40,133 nucleotides of DNA from an uncultured Candidatus Saccharibacteria bacterium (GCA_964489135.1 CAZAXK010000004.1:1-40133); one strand, 5' to 3'. Shown: positions 1-9,295, counted from the first letter of the stretch. Made by a program: numbers and translations. The notes: a model not told the origin generated them from the sequence alone.

Positions 1-1
1 A

Positions 2-256
2 TTCGTTTTCATTCTTGAGGGTTTCTATCTCTCGGATCAATGTAGATTTGGAACTGAACAGATCGGGTAGGATAGAAAGAAAAGTATAAAAGGAATTACC
101 ATTTTGAAGTGCAGGTTTGGTCGAATTGACCGCAACATTACGCAACCAGATAGAGCGCCCAATCAAGAAACTGAGTAGGAGAACAGCGATAATTATCAGC
201 ACTATTTTCGAGGTCGAGAACCCGGAAGGTTTTCTATGTTTGAGGAGCAATATCAT
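2..256 (-). CDS. mreC: Rod shape-determining protein MreC, N-terminal part (runs off the window start)
   Basis: Manual translation, not in the ORF track: MILLLKHRKPSGFSTSKIVLIIIAVLLLSFLIG...LFSSKSTLIREIETLKNENE. It has a basic N-terminus, a TM helix and the start of a coiled coil, and overlaps the 3' end of mreB. Confidence 0.75.
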   Translation of the reverse strand, partial: MILLLKHRKPSGFSTSKIVLIIIAVLLLSFLIGRSIWLRNVAVNSTKPALQNGNSFYTFLSILPDLFSSKSTLIREIETLKNENE

Positions 257-1298
257 TTTCGTCTTTTACCAAAACGTCCTTATATTCTTCGAGCTTCTCG
301 AGAATTATCCCCGTTCCGCGTACTACACAAGTTAGAGGATTATCTGCTACGTAGACTGGGATCTTGACTTCCTCACTCAACACTTCGGCAAATCCCTTAA
401 TAAGGGCCCCGCCTCCGGCCAAATGAATACCGCGGTGCATAATGTCAGAAAGTATTTCGGGCGGAGTGATTTCAAGCACCTCTTTGGTCGCCCCGACCAG
501 TCGTTCGATTGAGTTCGAAACGGCTTCTCTTATATCACTGTCAGTGATCATTACCTCTCTCGGTAAGCCACTAATAAGATCGCGCCCGCGCGCACTTGAT
601 TCAAGTGGCGTGTCGCCAGCGATCAAAGAAGTGGTTGAAATTTTTATAGTTTCTGCTGTCTTTTCGCCAATTATTATTTTGAATTCACTCCGCACATAAG
701 ATGTTATGTCGCTATTGAGTTTGTCGCCCGCGATGCGGAAATTTTTTGATCGCACCACACCACCAAGCGAAATAACAGCAATATCTGCGGTGCCTCCACC
801 AATATCAATAACCATATTACCAACCGGCTCACGTATAGGCAGGTGCATACCGATCGCTGCCGCCATCGGCTCCTCTATGATATGCACTTCGCTTGCACCA
901 GCGTTGCGGGTCGCATCACGAACCGCTCGAGTTTCCACGTTGGTTATACCCGACGGTACTCCCACCACCACGCGAGGGCCTAGCAACTTTTTTGAGATCA
1001 ATTGCACCTTTCCGAGAAGGTAGTGCAACATTTCTTCCGTGACTTCAAAGTCAGAAATTACACCATCGATAATCGGACGCACGGCCACAATGTGCGGAGG
1101 TGTCCGACCGAGCATATTCTTCGCATCCTTGCCGACTGCCACCACTTGGCCAGTCTTTTGGTTGACCGCAACCACCGAGGGCTCGTTCAGTACCACCCCC
1201 TTGCCACGAACATAAACAAGGGTGTTTGCCGTGCCAAGATCTATGCCAATATCGTTGCGAAGGCTGGATTTCCAGCCCTCGATTTTTTCCTTAATCAT
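234..1298 (-). CDS. mreB: Actin-like rod shape protein MreB (copy 1)
   Basis: IGIDLGTANT, NEPSVVA, IEEPMAAAIG, DIGGGT, LAGGGAL motifs. Confidence 0.97.
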   Translation of the reverse strand: MIKEKIEGWKSSLRNDIGIDLGTANTLVYVRGKGVVLNEPSVVAVNQKTGQVVAVGKDAKNMLGRTPPHIVAVRPIIDGVISDFEVTEEMLHYLLGKVQLISKKLLGPRVVVGVPSGITNVETRAVRDATRNAGASEVHIIEEPMAAAIGMHLPIREPVGNMVIDIGGGTADIAVISLGGVVRSKNFRIAGDKLNSDITSYVRSEFKIIIGEKTAETIKISTTSLIAGDTPLESSARGRDLISGLPREVMITDSDIREAVSNSIERLVGATKEVLEITPPEILSDIMHRGIHLAGGGALIKGFAEVLSEEVKIPVYVADNPLTCVVRGTGIILEKLEEYKDVLVKDENDIAPQT

Positions 1299-1332
1299 GG
1301 CAATAAATTTAGCACAAAAATATAATTTCGTC

Positions 1333-2586
1333 TTATGCGATTGCGCCCGCTTCTACAAGCTTTACTTCGCCAGTTTTTCTGTCTTTTATTTCTACCTTGC
1401 CTTGGGCTACGGTCTTCTCACTGACTACAATCTGGAAGGGCATGCCGAGCAGGTCGGCATCAGCAAACTTCTCGCCCGCTCGTAAGTCGCGATCGTCATA
1501 GATCACATTCCCCTTGAGTTTTTCGTACAAAGACTCCGCAACTTTTTTGACTTCCTCATTTTGAGAAGGAATTTCAATCAAATGATATTTGAATGGTGCA
1601 ATCGCCTCCGGCCAGATGATACCTTTATCGTCGGATAATACCTCAACCACCGTGCCCATCAATCTCCCTAGACCAATACCATAACATCCCATGAAAATAG
1701 AATTTTTTTCTCCATTTTCATTAGTAAATGTCAGGTACGGATCAGAAAACTTCGTTCCTAAAGTAAAGATATTTCCAACCTCAACCGCTTTTTTTTCTTC
1801 AAACTCACCGCTCAAACCCAAATCTTTTTTAACTTCGTCAGTGTAAACCTCCTTATTGAGCGCGGCATGATTCGGTTCCATGTTTACCCCTTTTCCGTAA
1901 TCGTCTTTGTGAATGTAGATAACATCCTCACCACTTTCTGTTATGGTTTGAAATTCATGAGAAAACTTAGAAAATGAACCGCCTGATGCATAGGTAATAT
2001 AAGTTTTGTCTCCTATACCTACTCTATTGAAAATTCTTTTGTAGGCCTCCGCATACTTTGCATAAATTTGCTGATGGTCCTTCTCGTCTCGGCAAAAGCT
2101 GTACGCATCTTTCATAATAAATTCTCTGGTCCTCATGATCCCACTTTTTGATCGGATTTCATTTCTAAACTTATTCTGAAATTGATACACAGCAAAAGGC
2201 AGGCTCTTATATGAAGAAACGAATTGCTCCAGCATGTTTGAGATCGGTTCCTCGTGCGTAAATCCTAACCCCACTGCGTTTCCATCCTTGAGCTCAGACT
2301 TGAACCAGACATCTATTTTTTCATCATCCCATCTGTCAGTCCTCTGCCAAAGCTCCTTTCTTTGCAAAGTACTCATCAAGATTTCCTGACAATCAAGGCT
2401 GTTCATTTCTTCACGAATAATATTCTCGATATTCCTAAGAACCAAAAGTCCCAATGGCAAATAATCATAAACACCCGCCATTTCCTTATTTATGTATCCA
2501 GCACGAATCAACAGCTGAGCATTTTTGCTCGTCTCATCGGCAGGCGCCTCGCGCCTCGTCTTTGTAAAAAGTTTGGATTGTCTCAT
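1333..2586 (-). CDS. proS: Proline--tRNA ligase, short bacterial type without a full INS editing domain
   Basis: AGVYDYLPLG, FTHEE, YQFQNKFRNEIR, MRTREFIMKDAYSF, VEVGNIFTLGTKFS, MGCYGIGLGR, DDRDLRAGEKFADADLLG. Confidence 0.96.
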   Translation of the reverse strand: MRQSKLFTKTRREAPADETSKNAQLLIRAGYINKEMAGVYDYLPLGLLVLRNIENIIREEMNSLDCQEILMSTLQRKELWQRTDRWDDEKIDVWFKSELKDGNAVGLGFTHEEPISNMLEQFVSSYKSLPFAVYQFQNKFRNEIRSKSGIMRTREFIMKDAYSFCRDEKDHQQIYAKYAEAYKRIFNRVGIGDKTYITYASGGSFSKFSHEFQTITESGEDVIYIHKDDYGKGVNMEPNHAALNKEVYTDEVKKDLGLSGEFEEKKAVEVGNIFTLGTKFSDPYLTFTNENGEKNSIFMGCYGIGLGRLMGTVVEVLSDDKGIIWPEAIAPFKYHLIEIPSQNEEVKKVAESLYEKLKGNVIYDDRDLRAGEKFADADLLGMPFQIVVSEKTVAQGKVEIKDRKTGEVKLVEAGAIA

Positions 2587-2633
2587 GGGTTAAATCATAG
2601 CTCAAACAAATTTATTAGCAAAGTCATTTCCCC

Positions 2634-2667
2634 TCGGACAAATTTGACGGCCGTCATATTTGTCGCA
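2634..2667. repeat. Imperfect 34-bp palindrome, copy 1 (upstream of PaaX/Cas2-like gene)
   Basis: tcgGACAAATTTGACGG|CCGTCATATTTGTCgca; 28-bp core with one mismatch; matches the copy at 3215-3248. Confidence 0.9.
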
Positions 2668-2676
2668 ACAAATTTC

Positions 2677-2685
2677 TGATATAAT
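2677..2685 (+). promoter_or_regulatory. Extended -10 promoter element
   Basis: TG-a-TATAAT upstream of the PaaX-like gene; palindrome copy 1 covers the expected -35 position. Confidence 0.6.
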
Positions 2686-2716
2686 TGGAATATCTTTATA
2701 AGTGACAATTATCACT

Positions 2717-3214
2717 ATGAGTATTGTTATGGATATTTTGGAGCTAGCGTGGAATACAAAACTGAATTACAAGGGTATTCCAGTTAACCTATTTGGGGTT
2801 CCGAGGCTTCGAGCCGGCAAAAAGCCCTGCTCACAAACAACCTTTAACAGAACAGTACTAAGAATGAAGACAAAAGGATACTTGGAGATCATTGACGATA
2901 GATGGCAACTCACAGAATACGGTAAGAAATTCTATGAGAACCGCCAAAAATTGAGAACCAGATTTAGTTCCCCTTTTCCACCCAATGCGACAAAAAATCT
3001 TCTCGTCATATTCGACATTCCTGAAACTAAAAGAAACGAGAGAAATTGGTTACGGTGGCATCTAAAGAATTTTCAATACATTATGCTCCAACAAAGCGTT
3101 TGGCTAGGTCCGAGTCCACTACCAACCAAATTTCGAGAACACCTGAAGAATTTTAAGCTAGACAAATGTATAAAAACTTTCAAGCTCGCCAAGCCTTACC
3201 AATCCAAGGGTTAA
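2717..3214 (+). CDS. PaaX-like protein: N-terminal winged-helix plus Cas2/VapD-like ferredoxin-fold domain
   Basis: wHTH-like TFNRTVLRMKTKGYLEIIDDRWQLTEYGKK, then LLVIFDIPETKRNERNWLRWHLKNFQYIMLQQSVW (Cas2-like FDIP...QxSV). Alternative GTG start at 2702. Confidence 0.8.
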   Translation: MSIVMDILELAWNTKLNYKGIPVNLFGVPRLRAGKKPCSQTTFNRTVLRMKTKGYLEIIDDRWQLTEYGKKFYENRQKLRTRFSSPFPPNATKNLLVIFDIPETKRNERNWLRWHLKNFQYIMLQQSVWLGPSPLPTKFREHLKNFKLDKCIKTFKLAKPYQSKG

Positions 3215-3248
3215 TGCGACAAATCTGACGGCCGTCAGATTTGTCGCA
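3215..3248. repeat. Perfect 34-bp palindrome, copy 2 (begins at the first base after the stop codon)
   Basis: TGCGACAAATCTGACGG|CCGTCAGATTTGTCGCA, exact reverse-complement symmetry. Confidence 0.95.
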
Positions 3249-3267
3249 AAATGATCAACATAAAAAA

Positions 3268-4428
3268 TTAAAACAAATTTTTGATGTCTTTGAAGGTGAT
3301 GATGATCATGAGCCCAACGAGGACAGCGAAGCCGATGCCGTTTGCATAGGAGCCAAATTTGGCAGGAATCTTTTTGCGAGTAATCGCCTCGATCGCGACG
3401 AAGACCAGCCGGCCACCGTCGAGCGCTGGAAAAGGAAGAAGGTTAACAACGGCCAAGTTGATCGAGATAAGTGCGGTAAAGGTCAAAAGATAAGCAAGAC
3501 CAAGGCGCGATGCATCACCCACTAGGCCCACTATTCCGATCGGTCCGGTAACTTGTGAAAGATCGGCTGATCCGGTAAAGGCCCCTCCTATAAGCCCGAG
3601 TATCCCAGTAACTGTGAGATAGGTGAGCTTGAGGGTTACTCTCCCACCTTCGACAAAGGCCTGGTGTACAGGCAAAGACAGAGTACCTACCATATCCATA
3701 TTGATACCAACTATCTTCCTACCCTCCATAAGAGCAGCGTCTGGCAGAAGCGAAAAGTCGTGTTCTTTACCACCCCTATTAACTTGCATATTTATTTGCT
3801 GCGATGAGCCAGAAATAAAATCCGAAACGGCCTCTGGCTCGAGATCGCGCAGTACCGCACCCCCACTTTCAACCGAAAGTATTTTGTCACCAGACTTGAG
3901 CCCCGCATTACTTGCCGGAGAATTAGGCAAGACGGCGACTATGGTAAGAGCGGGATCCTTTACTTCATAACCATAATCATTTTGGACAGGAGTCGGAAGC
4001 CCAGAAACAAACCCGATCGAGAATAGAAGCCAGGCAAAAAGAAAATTGAAGAGCACTCCGGCAAAGAGAATCACCGCCTGCCAAATTTTGGAGACTTGTG
4101 TAAAGCTCCTACCAGTCGGAGAAAGTTCTGTGACAAAAGTCTGGTTGAGCCGCGAAGCAGGCGACCCGAGGACTTTTGGAGCAGGACCTTTTTCCGACTG
4201 AATTTCGGCGTCATAGTTCTCGCCAAAGATTTTGACGAAACCGCCAAAGGGAATCCAGTTTAACGAAAACTTAGTACCCCACTTTTCCCCCAGTGTTACG
4301 GCGCGGGGCGGATAGCCGAAACCAAACTCCTCTACCCTTACTCCAGCTTTCTTGGCAAAAATAAAATGCCCGAGTTCGTGTACCAGTACCAGAACACCGA
4401 GGATAACTATAAAAATTATGAGGGTCAT
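3268..4428 (-). CDS. rseP: Site-2 intramembrane zinc metalloprotease RseP (M50) with PDZ domain
   Basis: HELGH, NWIPFGGFV, AGVLFNF, PDZ (SPASNAGLKSGDKI), NLLPFPALDGG; TGATG overlap with frr. Confidence 0.95.
   Translation of the reverse strand: MTLIIFIVILGVLVLVHELGHFIFAKKAGVRVEEFGFGYPPRAVTLGEKWGTKFSLNWIPFGGFVKIFGENYDAEIQSEKGPAPKVLGSPASRLNQTFVTELSPTGRSFTQVSKIWQAVILFAGVLFNFLFAWLLFSIGFVSGLPTPVQNDYGYEVKDPALTIVAVLPNSPASNAGLKSGDKILSVESGGAVLRDLEPEAVSDFISGSSQQINMQVNRGGKEHDFSLLPDAALMEGRKIVGINMDMVGTLSLPVHQAFVEGGRVTLKLTYLTVTGILGLIGGAFTGSADLSQVTGPIGIVGLVGDASRLGLAYLLTFTALISINLAVVNLLPFPALDGGRLVFVAIEAITRKKIPAKFGSYANGIGFAVLVGLMIIITFKDIKNLF
4122..4191. repeat. Palindromic element inside the rseP coding sequence, frame preserved
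   Basis: caaaagtc (4134-4141) and gacttttg (4171-4178) are a perfect inverted repeat with imperfect outer and inner stems; encodes KGPAPKVLGSPASRLNQTFVTEL. Confidence 0.6.
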
Positions 4429-4976
4429 CAGCTTCTTATTTCGCTTATCTTTCTTTCGGCAATTTCGTCGAGCTTTTTGTTTGAATCATCAATGAGTTTT
4501 TGCAAATCTTCCTTTAGGCGGAACTTATCATCTTCGCCCATACCGCCCTTCTTTTCTCTTTCCTCAATCTCCTTGGATGTTTTGTCACGCACACCGCGCA
4601 AGGTTACTCGCGCTTCTTCGAGCTTCTGCTTCACAAGCTTTACCAATTGTTCGCGCCTTTCAGAAGTAAGCTCGGGGAAAATAACTCTTACTCCTTTTTC
4701 GAACGGAGCCACCGAGAGACCGAGGTTTGAATTAATCACTGCCTTCTCTATCGACTTACCCAAACTACTATCCCACGGCTCTACCCGAATGGACCGAGCG
4801 TCCTCGGTCAAAACGTTTGCCACCTCTCGCAAGTTCATTTTGGAACCGTAGGCCTCGACTTGGATAGAATCCAGAATAGCCGGTGTCGCTCTGCCGGTAC
4901 GCACAGAAGCAAGCTCGTTATGAAGCCATTCTTCTGTTTGTTTTATCTTCTGTTTTGAATCAGCAAAATCGAACAT
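4428..4976 (-). CDS. frr: Ribosome recycling factor
   Basis: VRTGRATPAILDSIQVEAYG, PELTSERREQLVK; start trimmed to MFDF. Confidence 0.96.
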   Translation of the reverse strand: MFDFADSKQKIKQTEEWLHNELASVRTGRATPAILDSIQVEAYGSKMNLREVANVLTEDARSIRVEPWDSSLGKSIEKAVINSNLGLSVAPFEKGVRVIFPELTSERREQLVKLVKQKLEEARVTLRGVRDKTSKEIEEREKKGGMGEDDKFRLKEDLQKLIDDSNKKLDEIAERKISEIRS

Positions 4977-4996
4977 GGGTTCATTATACACGAAAA

Positions 4997-5647
4997 TCAG
5001 ATCGAGGAGGCAAGCCACTCGAGAAGCATCTTTGGGGACGACCCACGGGCTGAAACCAAGCGCTTAGCAATAAGAACCTTCTTCAAAAGTCGATAGTTCC
5101 TAGGTACGGAAGCTTCTTCTGGCAAAGTCCAAATTGCCTCACGCAAGGAATCCTTGTCTTTTTCAGCCGATAATTTTTTTATAAAATTCATTTTTTCAGC
5201 AAGCGGCAATTTAAGAAAATTATTCTTTACAGTCGAGACAGTGTCGCCGATACCCTCATACACTCTCACCCGCGAAAGAACGGTGCCGAGTAACCCCCCT
5301 CCGCTCGGCAAAATTACAAAAAAGTAAGTACCAAGCGTCGGCTCTTCGAACACCTTTAGAAGTGCGTTCTGCGCCTCATGGGTGATGGAATCGGCAATTA
5401 TTATGGCAACTTTTCTCACACCCGCGATGGGCTTGTTGATTGCCCACCTCGAAAGTTCGCGGGCCTCATCTATGCCAAAGGTGTTACTATTCATTTCCAA
5501 AAAATCCGGATTGGCTTTCACTACAAAACCCGCCCGACCAAGAATTTCTTTCAACTCTTGAATCTCGCTTACCCCGCCCCAAACAAAATTGGCGTGGTGC
5601 AGTTTATCAAATCCACCGCTTTCCATTTTGAAATTTTGATTTGGCAT
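4997..5647 (-). CDS. DNA polymerase III delta'-like clamp-loader subunit (short form)
   Basis: FGIDEAREL, KVAIIIADSITHEAQNALLKVFEEP, TYFFVI, TVLSR. Confidence 0.8.
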   Translation of the reverse strand: MPNQNFKMESGGFDKLHHANFVWGGVSEIQELKEILGRAGFVVKANPDFLEMNSNTFGIDEARELSRWAINKPIAGVRKVAIIIADSITHEAQNALLKVFEEPTLGTYFFVILPSGGGLLGTVLSRVRVYEGIGDTVSTVKNNFLKLPLAEKMNFIKKLSAEKDKDSLREAIWTLPEEASVPRNYRLLKKVLIAKRLVSARGSSPKMLLEWLASSI

Positions 5648-5653
5648 TTAGTG

Positions 5654-6667
5654 TTATCTCTTAGCGACCGACATGCGCTTGTAGGCATCGAGATGCTCGA
5701 GCGCCACCCCAGTACCCTTGACCACGCAGTACAACGACTCTTTAGCCAGAATGGCCTTCACTCCGATACGGCGCAACACTAGCTCCGGAAAATTGCGCAG
5801 ATTGGAAGTACCGCCGGTCATAATTATACCTTGGTCGATAATATCTGAAGCAAGCTCAGGGGGTGTTTCTTGCAAAACATCTTTCATGGCTTTGATCATT
5901 TCGCGCAGGTCCTTCGATATCGCCTTTACTATTTCGTTGGTTTTTATCTCCACTGATCGTGGTAAGCCAGTAACAAGATCTCTGCCCTTAACTTCCATCG
6001 CGAGTTCTTCATCAAGTGGCAAAGCTGAGCCAATTTTTATCTTTACGTCTTCGGCCATCTTGTCACCGATCGCTAGGTTGAAAGTTTTCTTTACATAATC
6101 CGCGATCGACTGATCAATGCGGTTACCGGCACACTTGACAGAGGTCGAGGATACTATCCCGCCAAGCGAGATAACAGCGACGTCTGTCGTGCCTCCACCA
6201 ATATCAGCGATCATATGCCCTTTGGCTTCATATATAGGAATACCGGCGCCGATCGCAGCGAGTATCGGTTCCTTGATAACGTAAGCGTTGCGTGCGCCGG
6301 CCTTGATTGCCGCCTCGATCACAGCCCGTCGCTCGGTCGATGTTACTCCCGCCGGCACCGATATAAGCACCTCTGGTCGCAAGAAGTTCATCTTACCCAT
6401 CGATTTGCGTATATAATACCGAAGCATCGCCTCAGTAACTTTATAATCGGCAATAACGCCGTCTTTCATTGGCCGATAAGCAATTATGGCTTCGGGGGTG
6501 CGACCGATCATGGTCTTTGCATCATTGCCCACCGCCAAAATGCGGTTGTCTTCTACCGAAACTGCAACAACGGAGGGTTCATTCAGCACAATCCCCTTCC
6601 CGGGCATAAAGACGAGAGTGTTCGCCGTCCCCAAATCGATACCCAGCTTTTTTGAGAGAAAAGACAT
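5654..6667 (-). CDS. mreB: MreB/Mbl actin-like protein (copy 2)
   Basis: LGIDLGTANT, RPMKDGVIAD, VPAGVTSTERRA, EPILAAIGAG, DIGGGTTD; start trimmed to MSFL. Confidence 0.95.
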   Translation of the reverse strand: MSFLSKKLGIDLGTANTLVFMPGKGIVLNEPSVVAVSVEDNRILAVGNDAKTMIGRTPEAIIAYRPMKDGVIADYKVTEAMLRYYIRKSMGKMNFLRPEVLISVPAGVTSTERRAVIEAAIKAGARNAYVIKEPILAAIGAGIPIYEAKGHMIADIGGGTTDVAVISLGGIVSSTSVKCAGNRIDQSIADYVKKTFNLAIGDKMAEDVKIKIGSALPLDEELAMEVKGRDLVTGLPRSVEIKTNEIVKAISKDLREMIKAMKDVLQETPPELASDIIDQGIIMTGGTSNLRNFPELVLRRIGVKAILAKESLYCVVKGTGVALEHLDAYKRMSVAKR

Positions 6668-6749
6668 CGTGCCCCCAATATACAAGTTTTGACCCACTCT
6701 TTCAACCCCGAGACTTGCGCCTTAGGGTATTCTCGACTTTACTTATAGT

Positions 6750-8681
6750 ATGTACATTATCGAGTGTCTGCCAATTACCAAAGTCTCCAAGCTTGAGACC
6801 CTCACGTACTTTTCGGCTACACCCTTCGAATCCGGTTCGCTTATCAAAATTTCCGTTCGCGGATCAGTCCGACCCGCGCTCGTAATCGAGAGTCGGAGAG
6901 CCGAAGAGCACAAAGCCGAAATAAGGTCGGCCGACTTTGCCCTAAAAAAAATCGATAGCCCACGATTCGACCATTTCCTCACCAAAGAATTTCTCGCAGC
7001 TTGCAAGGAGACTGCCAAATATTTTTCCTCTACTCCGAACGGAATAATCTCACATCTTCTGCCGGTTTTGGTCTTACAAAATCCTAAGTTACTTACTCAC
7101 GGAATGAAGAACTGGACCCCTGAAGGAAGCAGGCAAAAAGAAAAGGTTGAGGTACTCGCACTCCAAACAGAAAACGAAGACCGCTTTGCGCATTATCGAG
7201 CTCTGGTAAGAGAAGACTTTGCTTCAAAAAAATCAGTTTTCCTCTGCCTGCCCCAAAACGAAAGTGTCGATAAGGCCAGAGAAAGGATGGAGAAAGGTAT
7301 CGAGCAATATGTGGTTACCCTAAACGCCAATATGAGCAAGACCGACCTTGCAAAAGAATTGAGCCGAGCTCTCTCCAAAGAACATCCAGTCTTGATAATC
7401 GCCACGCCCTCTTGGCTTTTCCTACCTCGCAATGATTGGGGCACCCTCGTCATAGAAGAGGAGAGCAACCGCGGATGGCAAACGGTTGTGCAGCCATTCT
7501 TCGACCTACGCTTTTTTGCGGAAACCTTGGGCAAGCTACAAGCGGACCGCGTAATAATTGGTGATTCTGTCCTGAGTATCAATACTCTCTGGCGCCACAA
7601 GGAGAAAAGTTTATCCGAATTCGAAACCGTCAAATGGCGTTTAGCGAGCCGGGTAAAAACCGAAATAATTGATCTCCGAAAGAGCAAACCAGAAAGGTCC
7701 GAACCTGAAAAAAAGAAAGAGGAATGGAAAGCTCTCTCGCCCAGACTTTTAGAAATAATCGGGGAGTCGCTTGATATCGAAGGTAATGTTTTCGTTTTTG
7801 CTTCCAGAAAAGGTATCGCGCCCATAATAATTTGCCGAGATTGCGGTAACCGCATAATTTGCAACAACTGCGAATCACCCATGGTTCTCCATAGGGTCCA
7901 CGAGCAAACCGTATTCAAATGTCATCAATGCGGCCAACTTCGAGATGCAAACGAGCTCTGCCCAATTTGTCAAAGCTGGAACTTGACAGCACTTGGCGCA
8001 GGGATCGACCGAGTAACCGATGAATTACGGGGAGCATTTCCAACAGTAGAAAAGCGGGGCAAAATATTTGAGCTTCATAGCGACACGGCTAGTACCGCCA
8101 AGCGAGCTCGTGGTATAGCCAGAGATTTTGAAACCGGCAGAGGCAATATTCTAGTCGGCACCGAAATGGCTTTTGCTTATCTACGCAAGAACGTCAATTT
8201 GTCGGTCATTGTATCCATGGATTCGATTTTCGCCATACCGGATTTCCAAATACGCGAAAGAATTTTCCGTATCATAACGGAAGTAAAAAACATGACCAAA
8301 GACACGCTCGTGATACAGAGTCGAAACATTGATGACCCGACAATCAATTTGGCCCTGACTGGCAATTTGGCAGATTTTTACCGAGAAGAAACGGGGGAAC
8401 GCAAGAATCTGAGCTACCCGCCCTTTTCTATCTTTGTCAAAGTTACCGTGAGAGGCCATCGAGACTTCGTAGCCAAGGAAACGGCGAAGTTAAAAATGAT
8501 CTTTAAGGATTGGGAGCCCGCGATCTTCTCTTCCATGCACGAAAAGAAAGGTAAGCAATCTGCCGTGAACGCGGTGCTAAAAATACGTCGAGAGGAGTTT
8601 CCTGACCCAGCCCTCTCGCGCCTACTCGCTTCTCTCCCCGCCCACTTCGAAATCAAAGTCAACCCCGAGAACCTTCTCTGA
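6750..8681 (+). CDS. priA: Primosomal protein N' (PriA) with degenerate helicase motifs
   Basis: Four CxxC pairs (CRDC, CNNC, CHQC, CPIC), RKG before the Cys-rich region, ILVGTEMA, PDFQIRERIF, LSYPPFS; no GxTGSGKT. Confidence 0.85.
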   Translation: MYIIECLPITKVSKLETLTYFSATPFESGSLIKISVRGSVRPALVIESRRAEEHKAEIRSADFALKKIDSPRFDHFLTKEFLAACKETAKYFSSTPNGIISHLLPVLVLQNPKLLTHGMKNWTPEGSRQKEKVEVLALQTENEDRFAHYRALVREDFASKKSVFLCLPQNESVDKARERMEKGIEQYVVTLNANMSKTDLAKELSRALSKEHPVLIIATPSWLFLPRNDWGTLVIEEESNRGWQTVVQPFFDLRFFAETLGKLQADRVIIGDSVLSINTLWRHKEKSLSEFETVKWRLASRVKTEIIDLRKSKPERSEPEKKKEEWKALSPRLLEIIGESLDIEGNVFVFASRKGIAPIIICRDCGNRIICNNCESPMVLHRVHEQTVFKCHQCGQLRDANELCPICQSWNLTALGAGIDRVTDELRGAFPTVEKRGKIFELHSDTASTAKRARGIARDFETGRGNILVGTEMAFAYLRKNVNLSVIVSMDSIFAIPDFQIRERIFRIITEVKNMTKDTLVIQSRNIDDPTINLALTGNLADFYREETGERKNLSYPPFSIFVKVTVRGHRDFVAKETAKLKMIFKDWEPAIFSSMHEKKGKQSAVNAVLKIRREEFPDPALSRLLASLPAHFEIKVNPENLL

Positions 8682-8728
8682 TGTGTCTACAGATGGATTA
8701 GACCCAAGAAAGATGGTAAATTGGTAAC

Positions 8729-9286
8729 ATGAAAGAGAACGCAAAAAACGTCAAAAAAGTAGGTGCTATTATCCAAAAGGATCACCCTCTTCTGCGCGAA
8801 GTGGCCAAGCCCGTCCCCGTGGAAGAAATAAACAGCCGTAAAATCGACACCATCGTAAGACGGATGCAAAAGGCCCTAGACGCCGAGGAAGATGGGGTGG
8901 CGATCGCCGCTCCACAAATCGGCGAGGGCTTACAGATTTTCGTGGTATCAAAAAGAATTTTTGAAATCGAAAACAAGGACGCGGGTACAAGAAACACAAT
9001 ACCGAAGGACATGGTCTTCATCAATCCGGAAATACTGAGTGTTTCCAAAAAGAAACAAAAAGTCGAGGAAGGATGCCTTTCGGTCCGATGGCTTTATGGC
9101 AGAGTGGAGCGGGCCGAAAAGGTTAAGGTGCGGGCCTACAATGAAGAGGGTAAGGTCTTTACTTTCGGTGGATCGGGTCTTATGGCTCAAGTCTTTCAGC
9201 ACGAGATCGATCATTTGAATGGCATACTTTTCATCGATAAAGCGGTCGGATTAAAGGAAATGCCACCTGACACTAAATTAACCTAA
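8729..9286 (+). CDS. def: Peptide deformylase
   Basis: GVAIAAPQIG, EEGCLS, QHEIDHLNG. Confidence 0.97.
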   Translation: MKENAKNVKKVGAIIQKDHPLLREVAKPVPVEEINSRKIDTIVRRMQKALDAEEDGVAIAAPQIGEGLQIFVVSKRIFEIENKDAGTRNTIPKDMVFINPEILSVSKKKQKVEEGCLSVRWLYGRVERAEKVKVRAYNEEGKVFTFGGSGLMAQVFQHEIDHLNGILFIDKAVGLKEMPPDTKLT

Positions 9287-9295
9287 TTACACTTT

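Noticed and set aside
2717-3214. CRISPR-Cas locus suggested by the Cas2-like domain
   Set aside because: No cas1 or other cas genes and no repeat-spacer array; the only repeats are two palindromes flanking the gene.
7193-7918. Long antisense ORFs (e.g. 7193-7918, 18026-18637, 13197-13559, 4366-4851)
   Set aside because: Shadow frames of well-supported genes, with Ser/Arg-rich non-protein-like composition.
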